Source: a virus (Duplodnaviria; Caudoviricetes). From it: DNA of 52,396 bases. The notes under the pieces were generated by a model. The model saw only the letters and a program-made list of their open reading frames with translations. It was not told where the DNA came from and did not search any database. The DNA lies in IMG/VR virus record IMGVR_UViG_3300036829_000063, positions 1 to 52,396 of that record; one strand, written 5' to 3'. Position numbers and translations under genes: made by a program. Shown one piece after another: positions 8,673 through 16,900 of the stretch (the first letter of the stretch is position 1; each line of letters starts with the position of its first letter).

Positions 8673-9797
8673 CTACCGCGCCATCTGGGCAAACAACTTG
8701 TGGATCAGCACCCCATCCCCCTGAGGAGGCCGGGACACGCTCCGGTAATCCATCGTGGCGTTGAGAGCCCCCGGGAGCAACGACCACGCCATCACCCCGA
8801 TGTGGTGAGCCTTGCAGTACGCGAAATAGCGCCGCACCGTCCGGCCCATGTGCTTCCAATGGAAGCTCCCCCGGTAGTTGGCAAACTCAGCGTCCAGCAC
8901 CGGGACGTGATGATCCGCCAGAAGCCCGAAATTCTCATCCCACGTGGCCTTGGTCGGAGCCGCCTGATAGTCCCACGGGGAACCCGGGTGATGGTATGTG
9001 TAGACCAGCGGAGGGAAGCCCTTGGGCTGGCGGAGCATCGGCACCCCGGCCAGCGTCGACGCCCACCGGATGCCCTCCAGCCAGATCGAGTTGGTGGCCC
9101 CGGACGCCCGGATGGTGTCCACGAGGCCCTGGAAAGCCACCCGCCACTGATCCCACGACGCGTGCCGGGGCTCATTAAACAGGTCCAGGACCACGCGCGG
9201 ATTGTCCCGCCAGGCCCGCACCCCGAGCACATGACGCCAAAACGCATACGTGGCCGCCGTGGGCAACGGCTCAGACAGATCCCAGCCCGTGGCCAGCTCC
9301 GTCTGAGCATTGAGCACCATCCGGAGACCCAGCCTCAGGCCGTACCGCATCACCCGCCGGACATAACCCCAGTAGCGCCGGTTAAGATCCCGGCCGCTGG
9401 CTCCCATCGCGCGATCCTGCTGGACCTGGAGACGGATGGTGTCCGCGTGCCACCACACCTTGGCCGCGTAGATCTTCCGCTCCATGGTCGTGACCGTGGT
9501 ATCGCTCACCAGGTACGACTGGAGGTCAGACAGCGTGATCCCGTGCGGGATATCCCCACCAGGCCACTGATAGACGCCCACCGGGCCGCTGAAATGCTGG
9601 CCCTGGTCACTCCGGGCCGCCCCCAGCAGCGGAACCACCACGGCCACGGCCGCGACCAGCGCCACCAGGCCGACCAGCCACCGCCTCCACGGCCGCCGCT
9701 TCCGCCGCTTCCCCCGCTTGATCTGCTCTGCCAGCTCCCACAGCTCGTCCAGCGTGTAGAGCGCCGGCCTCGTGTCCAGGCACGCGTCAACCTCCAT
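8673..9797 (-). CDS. Membrane-anchored/secreted glycoside hydrolase family 5 (cellulase-like TIM barrel)
   Basis: Basic stretch plus hydrophobic helix, then DTIRLQV, LDLFNEP (acid/base Glu), YTYHH, VLDAEF (nucleophile Glu) and GVMAWS. ATG 9797 follows GGAGAGAGGAG. Confidence 0.85.
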   Translation of the reverse strand: MEVDACLDTRPALYTLDELWELAEQIKRGKRRKRRPWRRWLVGLVALVAAVAVVVPLLGAARSDQGQHFSGPVGVYQWPGGDIPHGITLSDLQSYLVSDTTVTTMERKIYAAKVWWHADTIRLQVQQDRAMGASGRDLNRRYWGYVRRVMRYGLRLGLRMVLNAQTELATGWDLSEPLPTAATYAFWRHVLGVRAWRDNPRVVLDLFNEPRHASWDQWRVAFQGLVDTIRASGATNSIWLEGIRWASTLAGVPMLRQPKGFPPLVYTYHHPGSPWDYQAAPTKATWDENFGLLADHHVPVLDAEFANYRGSFHWKHMGRTVRRYFAYCKAHHIGVMAWSLLPGALNATMDYRSVSRPPQGDGVLIHKLFAQMAR

Positions 9798-9819
9798 GGT
9801 GGATCTCCTCTCTCCACCG

Positions 9820-9882
9820 GACACGATACACCACGCGTGGGGAATATCCACCACGCTCTTGCCGTTACTCTCACGCGTGGGT
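9820..9882 (-). promoter_or_regulatory. Promoter of the GH5 gene with CCACGCGTGG palindrome (9831-9840) and a second partial copy (9872-9880)
   Basis: Member of the genome-wide palindrome family. A TATCGT -10-like hexamer follows on the minus strand. Confidence 0.6.
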
Positions 9883-9959
9883 TAATCTGCCTGCTAGAGG
9901 CCCTCCACGGCCCTCCTGGGGATCTCCCACCATCCGGACGCTGATCACAGTCCGTAGCC

Positions 9960-10080
9960 GAAAACGGCCCTCCGTGCTTGCGTAAAAAGTGACCAAACCG
10001 AGCGCGGAAAGAAAGACTGCGGCGGGGTCATAGCCCGCTCACGATCCGTGTCGACCCGCCCCCCTACCCCGTGGTTTGCG
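9960..10080 (-). other. Probable cos/packaging site (physical genome end)
   Basis: Minus strand reads GGGGTAGGGGGCGGGTCGA...TGACCCCGCCGCAGTCTTTCTTTCC...CACTTTTT, a G-run then GACCCC then pyrimidine tract resembling ends of HNH-associated cos phages. It lies between the HNH gene and TerS/TerL. The + strand changes from C/A-rich to G/T-rich here. Confidence 0.6.
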
Positions 10081-10485
10081 TGATCGTGGTTGTGTTTGCG
10101 CTGGTCAGGGTCATGACTGCGGGATGGTGGGGGTCTGGTGGATCTGGTGACCGTGTGCTGGGGGTGTCTGTCCCTCCATGGTTCGGGACTCCTGGGTGGT
10201 CACTGTGTGTGGGGGTGGTGACCTGTGACCTGGTGGGGTGGTTGGTCTGCTGGTTGGTTGGCTTGGGCTTTTCGTTTAGCCGTTTAGGTACTACATGCAG
10301 CGTTGGGGGTGGTGTGGATGGCTGGTCGTTGGTGTGTGCGGGCTGGTGTGGATGTGGATGGGCTGGCTGGCCTTGTAGACAGCACCGAGCCCCAGCGCTC
10401 TGGGCACCGGGGCTCGGGCTGAGACCCATGGCTATGGACTCAGGTCACATGGTAGACGGGTGGGGGTCTATTCGGGGTGGTAGCC

Positions 10486-12117
10486 CTACCGGGTCCGTAT
10501 GTGGGGTGGATGGCTGGCGTGCTTGGGGTGGTGGTCCATCAGCTCCTCACGCCGGTACTCACCCACCCGCTGTGGGTTGTGGCCAGCTACCCGCACCCGT
10601 AGCTGCCACCATGAGGCTGTGGCTGTGGTGATCTCTGCTACCTCGCACCAGTGGGCACCAGGTAGCCCGTATGGGGTGGTGTCCACCAGCACCCGGTCTC
10701 CGGGCTTGATCTCCATGGGCTAGGTGTGGATCTGTTCACGGGTGGTGGTCTCCACCGTGACCTCATGGCCTGGGTTGAGCTGGGCGTGGATCTCCGGGGA
10801 TGTGTCGTCTGGTCTGCCAGCTCCGATTACCAGGCAGGAACAGGCCCACGTCCTGAGTCCCTGGAGTTTGATCCGGGCTATGGGCCGGCCGTCTGCTATG
10901 GGGACTGGGTGGGCCGCTATGGCCGCCGCCGCGCGCTCATCCTCGGCTACCTGCTGGAGATGCTGGGCTGTCCAGGCCAGGCTCCCGATCTCGGGCTCTG
11001 GGGTGGTCATGCTGGGCCAGCGTCCGGAATGACTGGCTCCGTGGACTTGGCCGGGACGTTCTCCGCTTGGGGGTCGTCACTGATGATCTGGACCACCAGC
11101 CAGGTCTTGGCCGCCGCTGTGGCTATGACCGTTCCGTCAGCGTCCATCATGTCCAGACCGCCGTCTGAGTCCTCCTCGTAGGTCTCACCGGGGATGATCA
11201 GGTGGTCCGCTGGGGTGAGCCAGAGCTTGATATGGGTCATTGGGTGGTCCTCATCCGTCGTGTGGTCATGGCCAGTGGGCTGGGTGGTGGTCCGCCACCG
11301 CCGAGCGGGACACCGGGTGGCGGACCCACATGGACCTCTAGCCGCTGGCCGTGGGGGTTGGAGCTGGACGTGACCGGCTGATAATCGCTGGTCAGGTCGT
11401 CCGGGTTGACCTCAAACGGGATGGATGCTGGGCCGAGGCCGGTTTGCTTGGTCTCCACGGGGATGGGCGGGTCACCAGCCGGATACACGAGATAGATCGT
11501 GGAGATGGTGACCTGGACCTTGTGGCCGGTCAGGTCCGCATGGACCTGGGCTGGCGGGGCCTTGTGGTGGCGTCCGTTGCTTGGACAGCCCATGCATTGC
11601 CAGGTGGTGTAGCCGCCCAGATCCATCCGGGTCTCGGTCATCGCTCGGGCCTTGTCCGCCGTGTGCCGGTCTCCGGATGGTCCAGGAACTCATCCGGGCC
11701 GGTTGACAGGCCGCTAGGCCGGTATCCGGCCAAGACCTCGGGACCGCCTGAGCGGATCAGGTGGCCGGTGTTCCGGTGGTCCTTGGCTGTGAGGGCTGAG
11801 CCGGGCCATCCGCCCGCATCGCACTGAGTGCAGATCCACACCTTGCCGACCTCGGCCGTCTGCTGGTCCTTGCGTGTCTGCCAGCGGTAGATCTGGCTGG
11901 TGACGCCCAGCGCCAGGATGGAGACCACGAGGCCGGCCCATGCGGGATGGATGAGCGCTGGCCACGCGATAACGGCCGTGGCCGAGATTGGCGGGTCGAT
12001 GGCGTGGACCGCGTTCCACACAGCCACACAGGTGGCGATGAGGGCCAGCATGGTGAGCCAGCCCGCGAACCACCGCCGGGAACCGGGTTTGGTGGCCTTG
12101 TCTGTCTCGGTGTTCAT
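10486..12117 (-). other. Operon of five small genes (10486-10716, 10720-11010, 11007-11240, 11237-11641, 11638-12117)
   Basis: Abutting or ATGA-overlapping ORFs. Three carry a W-x-C..C...H...GH motif, and the last has two TM helices. Confidence 0.7.
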
Positions 12118-12118
12118 G

Positions 12119-12436
12119 TCAGCTCCCGGAACCGATCGACCCGAGGATGGTCACGAGGATGACGAACGCCGCTGTTCCGGTGCCGATCCATCCCAGGACC
12201 ATCCCGGCCACGGCCAGCCCGGATGGCTTGTATCCGGCCCGGCGGGCTTGCTTGGCGGAGATGTTGCCGAAGATCAGCGCCAGGGCCGAGCCGACCCAGA
12301 ATAGCCAGAGGATGCCGAGCACGAGGGACGCGATGGCGAAGCCGTCCGCGCGCTGGCGTGGCTGGACTGGCTGGGGCTGATAGTAGGCCGGCGGGGTGGG
12401 GTTGGGCGGGTACTCGGGGCGTGGGGTTTCGTACAT
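12119..12436 (-). CDS. DUF4190-like membrane protein
   Basis: Pro/Tyr/Gln-rich N-terminus, then GFAIASLVLGIL...ALIFG...GLAVAGMVLGWIG. ATG follows GGAGAGGAG. Confidence 0.8.
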   Translation of the reverse strand: MYETPRPEYPPNPTPPAYYQPQPVQPRQRADGFAIASLVLGILWLFWVGSALALIFGNISAKQARRAGYKPSGLAVAGMVLGWIGTGTAAFVILVTILGSIGSGS

Positions 12437-12515
12437 GGTGGGCTCCTCTCCAGGATGCGTCTGTGTGACGCTGATCTCACATGGAGAGGCTAGCACCAGG
12501 TCAGGGCCGTATATT

Positions 12516-12562
12516 CCCACGCGTGGGGCCTAGCCTGGGTCGGAGGCCAGGCTAGGCCCCAC
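12516..12562 (-). terminator. Hairpin GGGGCCTAGCCTGG-loop-CCAGGCTAGGCCCC overlapping a CCCACGCGTGGG promoter palindrome
   Basis: Long inverted repeat at ~12525-12560, directly adjacent to the palindrome at 12516-12527. Confidence 0.6.
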
Positions 12563-12950
12563 GTTTGATCCCCGGCCGTGGGGATCTCTAACACCATTAC
12601 GTCGGGCCGCCGTCTGGACGGCCTGGAGGTCATCTTAAACGGCTGAGAGCCGGGCTAGGATCACCAGCCCGGCTCTCTGCGCCATACCTACCCCAACGTG
12701 TCCCACCCGAGGGAACACCACGAGCATACAACAGGTGGTTGGAGGGCCTGGCCGCATGGCTGGCCGGGCCTTTATGCGGGGCGGAGACCGCCGTCCGTGG
12801 AGCTTGAGATACCGGCCACGTCTGGTCCCGTTCCAAGCGTCCCAACCTATGCCCGCTCTTGGAGAGCATCTCCGAGCTTACCAATGCCGAGAGCCGGGCT
12901 GTTCTCATCCAGCCCGGCTCTCGTCCCCTTGGAACAGCAGCGCCGACCCG
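12563..12950 (-). ncRNA. Candidate structured non-coding RNA (~390 nt)
   Basis: Intergenic and dense in helices. It has twin hairpins (12645-12677, 12888-12923), a long-range pair 12830-12837/12928-12935 and a crossing pair 12801-12810/12868-12878. Strand is assumed from the flanking genes. Confidence 0.5.
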
Positions 12951-12978
12951 CTAGGACAGCACCGACCGCACCGTCAGG

Positions 12979-13320
12979 TTACCAGCGCTGGGAGGTCCGG
13001 AGCGGAGCGATCGGGGCCGGTGGGCGTCTGGGGATACGCGCGCCGCCTCGGCCCCAATTACCGCGACGCGCGCCGTCTGCCCGATTACAGGTCCGGTGTT
13101 CGGGGCCACGCCACTGGCCGGTCACGTGGTCGTGGCCCAGATCCCACTCCTGGTCCGGGTCGATGAGCCGGGCCTGGGGATCTCCGGTCTTTCGCACCAG
13201 CTTGCATATGTCCGCGTGACACAGGATGTGGCCGGTGGCCACCGCCGGCTCCCACTTCCGCCGCTCGGCCTGATGGTCAGAGCCGTATCCTCGGGCTGTG
13301 GTGTTGCCGTTCCGGGGCAT
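12979..13320 (-). CDS. HNH-like endonuclease (packaging-associated type)
   Basis: TTARGYGSDHQAER...C....C...WDLGHDH...GPEHRTCNR. TGATG coupling to the upstream gene. Located near the predicted right genome end. Confidence 0.8.
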   Translation of the reverse strand: MPRNGNTTARGYGSDHQAERRKWEPAVATGHILCHADICKLVRKTGDPQARLIDPDQEWDLGHDHVTGQWRGPEHRTCNRADGARRGNWGRGGARIPRRPPAPIAPLRTSQRW

Positions 13321-13604
13321 CAGGAGGAGCCCAGGAACTCGGTGGCCGGTGTCTCCGCCCATGCGATGGAGTCCTGGCCGAAGTCGGCCGCCAGGTCTGC
13401 CAGGCGATTCTTGAGTGCCACGGTGTCCCGGACCTCAGCACAAACACACATGTTCTGATAGGGGGAAGCCGCCGAGGAGTACCACACGCCGTGGAGGGCC
13501 TGGGCTCCCTGATTTACTTCCGCCACCAGACGGAGCTGGAGATTTGACCACGCCGCTTGGGTCAGCTTGTCATCACTGTTTCCCGCGCTGATGTAGACGA
13601 TCAT
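13320..13604 (-). CDS. Hypothetical protein (MIVYISAGNSDDKLTQ...)
   Basis: TGATG-coupled on both sides. Confidence 0.7.
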   Translation of the reverse strand: MIVYISAGNSDDKLTQAAWSNLQLRLVAEVNQGAQALHGVWYSSAASPYQNMCVCAEVRDTVALKNRLADLAADFGQDSIAWAETPATEFLGSS

Positions 13605-13891
13605 CAGTAGCCGACTCCGATCACCGGGCCTGGGATGACCTTGGTCTCCTGGCCGGTCACGACCTTGACCCACAGCTTGTACCGGCCCGCCGTGGTGATG
13701 CCCTGGTCTGCCAGCTTGGTGGCCGCCTCACCGTCGACCCAGCTTCCCAGCACGTAGTCACCATCTGTGGGCTCTCCTGAGCCGTCCAGCAGCATGGCGA
13801 TGTGGACCGGGTAGACCGTCACGTCTGGCACGTCCGGTGGTGGGGTGACTGGGGTCAGGATGAAACCGCCGTCTGAGAGTGGGACTTGCAT
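13604..13891 (-). CDS. Small beta-rich (Ig/BppU-like) protein of the fibre module
   Basis: GRYKLWVKV.....E..VI C-terminus. Follows the giant repeat protein, with GGAG RBS. Confidence 0.55.
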   Translation of the reverse strand: MQVPLSDGGFILTPVTPPPDVPDVTVYPVHIAMLLDGSGEPTDGDYVLGSWVDGEAATKLADQGITTAGRYKLWVKVVTGQETKVIPGPVIGVGY

Positions 13892-13900
13892 GGTGGCTCC

Positions 13901-16900
13901 TCAGCCGGAATGGACAGAGCCGAGGCCCCATCGCTGGCTAGCGTCTCCAGCAGCGTAACCGGAGCTGTGGGCCGGGCCAATGATCCACCGCACGTGGACC
14001 TCACCAAGTCGCCACGGGCCGGGGTTGTATGGCTTGGCCGCCACCACTGTGGGTGAGGCCAGGACCGCCGCGCAAGCGATCACCACGGCCTGGACGAGGG
14101 AGCCGGTGTGCATCGCTGGGATCGAGATGGTGGCTGTGGCCGTGATCACACCGGGGCTGGCCTGAGCGCCGCCGTGGGGGCTGGCTGTCCCGATCGTGGC
14201 TGTGACCGAGACGACCGAGGGCGTGGCCTTGGTGATGGTCGACACCACGGGCGTGGTGATGGTGGCCGATACGGAGATGACAACTGGGTTGGCAACTGCG
14301 CCCGTGTTGGGTGCCGGGTTGCCAACTGTTGCGATCCCCGGCACCACTCCTGGGGTGACTTTGGTCCCGGTGTTGGGTGTGGTCGTCCCGAACGTTGCGA
14401 GAGCCGGCACCACGCCCGGGGTGGCAGTGCTGGCCGCACCCACCACGGCCGCCCCGATGGTGGCCAGGGCTGGCACCACGCCGGGCTTGGCTGTGGAGCT
14501 GGCCTGGATTACCGCCGCCCCGACCGTGGCGACCGAGGCCACCACGCCGGGCTTGGCTGTTTCCCCGGTGCTGGGGGCCGCCGCCCCGATCGTGGCCACG
14601 CTGGACACGACCGCCGGGGCCGGGATGCTGGCTGGCGAGGATGCGCCGATGGTGGCCACAGCCGGGACCACGGCTGGGGACGCGTTCTGATCCACGTAGG
14701 CCGTGGTGGTGAGCCTCAGCCGATCCCAGTAGTAATCCACCGAGGCCACGGCCGCACCCACACCCGGCCGGATGGCCGTGATCGTGCCGCCCGTGTTTTG
14801 GTTGGCCGCGCTGGTGTGGACCTCGGCTGGGGCACCGTCGTTTTTACCCGCGTAGAACCTCAGCTCACCCTGGCCGACGCTGGCGTCCCCGAGGATGAAC
14901 CCGGCTACCCGGAACCACTGGCCAGCGGTCCACGTGCCGGTTAGCTGAGCCATGACGCCAGCCGCCGCGTTAACAAGCTGGACGTTGCCCGCCGTGGTGA
15001 GCTGGATATACCCGGCCAGGGAGCTAGCGCCGGTCACGAACGTGATGACTCTGTGGTTGTGCGCCGGGAACGCTGAGAGCCAGAGGTCGATGGTGAAAAA
15101 CCACAACGGCTGGGTGCCGATGCTGGCCTTGTACTCCCCATAGACCGCCTCTCCCGTGGCGTCCGTGGTGATGTGATAGCTGAGCGTCCCCTCAGCTACC
15201 TGGGTACTGGAATAGGTGAAGGTCCCGCCAGCAGCAATTGGGACCGAATCGAATGCGTCCCCCGACGCGCCGCCACTGTTTCCGGCCGTGACCGTTACCC
15301 CGTTGGTGCCTCCCTCAGCGTTGAGGGAGAGCGCTGTTTTGGTGGCGCTTACCGTGGGAGCGCCGATGGTGGCCACGCCGGGCACCACCGAGGGCGTGAC
15401 CTTGCTCCCGGTATTGGGAGCTGGGCTGGGCACCGAGGCCACACAGGCCACCACGGCCGGTGTGACGGTTTCCCCGGTCTTGACCACCGTGGAGCCGACG
15501 CTGGCCGGGCAGGCAACCACCGGGGGTGTGGCCATGCTCCCGGCCCCGACTGTGGGTGAGCCGATGGTGGCCACACAAGAGATCACGCTGGGCTGGGTGG
15601 TGTTGAACGTGTCCGTCTGGGAGACCTGGGCCACCGCGTTGGTGGCATCCCAGCCTTGGAAGTTGACCGAGATCACCGAGCCGGTGTCCGTGATCGTGAT
15701 CCGGCCGTACTGGCGGGCCTCCCCGCCCGTGTTGTTATACAGGGCTGAGAACGTGGATTGCATCAGGCCGCCGCCCGTATTCAGCAGCGGGGCCGCGCAG
15801 TAGACCGGGAACCCTCCCCACGTGTTCTTAGCGGACGTGGCGTAACCCACCAGGTGGCTGTCACCATGCCAGAGCATCAGGTTTTTGACGGCCGCCCGGT
15901 TGGCGTTGATGTAGCTGATGATGGCCTGGCGCTCAGTGTCGTATGACCACCACTTGTCCGGCCCGTTGCTGATGGTGGGCGTCCCCATCCAAGCCACATC
16001 ACTGATGATGACCTTGAGTGGTTCGGACTGGACCAGCTCCGATTCCAGCCACGCCAACTGGGTGGCCCCGAGCATGGTCTTGGAGCCGTCATCGGTGTTG
16101 CCGCCGGGGCTCCGGTCCGTGTTCCGGATATCCACCATGATGAACCGGACGCGCCCGACCACCCATGATTGGTAGAGGCCGTGGACTGGGGTGTTGACGG
16201 TATCCCCGAGCGTCCCGAACGGGAATACCTGGCGGGCCGCTGCGATGTTGGCCGCCGTATACGCGTTATTGGAGTCCCCGTTGTCCGGGCCGGCCTCGTG
16301 GTCCGAACGGCAGTAGTAGCCCCAGGTGGTCTCCACCATGGCCGCCAGGCCGGGGATGCCAGCTATCTGGCTCTCGTAGACACCACGCTGGGTGTCGGTG
16401 CTGGTGGCCGTGCTCCCCGAGTAATCGAAGTCCCCGGTAAAGATCGTCAGGTCCGGAGCCCATGCCACCAGGTCATTGATGGCCGTGTTTTGGGCTGGGC
16501 TGGTCACATCTTGCTCAGCGACACAGGCCGCCAGGGCCACAGTGAAGCTAGCCGGGCTCCCCGAGGCCGCCAGGGTCTTACAGGAGCCGATGGGGCCGAC
16601 CAGCGTCTCCGCCCCGCCAGTGGGCGTGTCCGCCGCCTGGACGTAGTACCTCGTGGCCGCGCTGAGGCCGCTCACCGCGTGGGTGACGTACCCGTTTGCG
16701 TCTGGGGTCTGGGCGGATACAAAGCTCGGGCTGGTCATGCTCGGGCTGGTGGAGTACGCCAGCCGGACCGAGGTAGCGCCGGACAGTTTGGTGATGACAC
16801 CAAACCCGCTCGGGGTCGGTGCGCCAGCCACAAGCTGGGCCACGGTCCCCGGGAGCGGGACGATCGGGGCCGCCTTGATACCCAGGAGGAGACCAGCGGT

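Noticed and set aside
10064-10631. ORFs 10064-10429 (-) and 10071-10631 (+)
   Set aside because: By-products of the G/T-skewed low-complexity terminal region, with implausible composition.
12630-12908. 92-aa ORF in the structured intergenic region
   Set aside because: No phage-type RBS, its start lies inside a hairpin loop, and the translation is featureless. RNA structure explains the region better.
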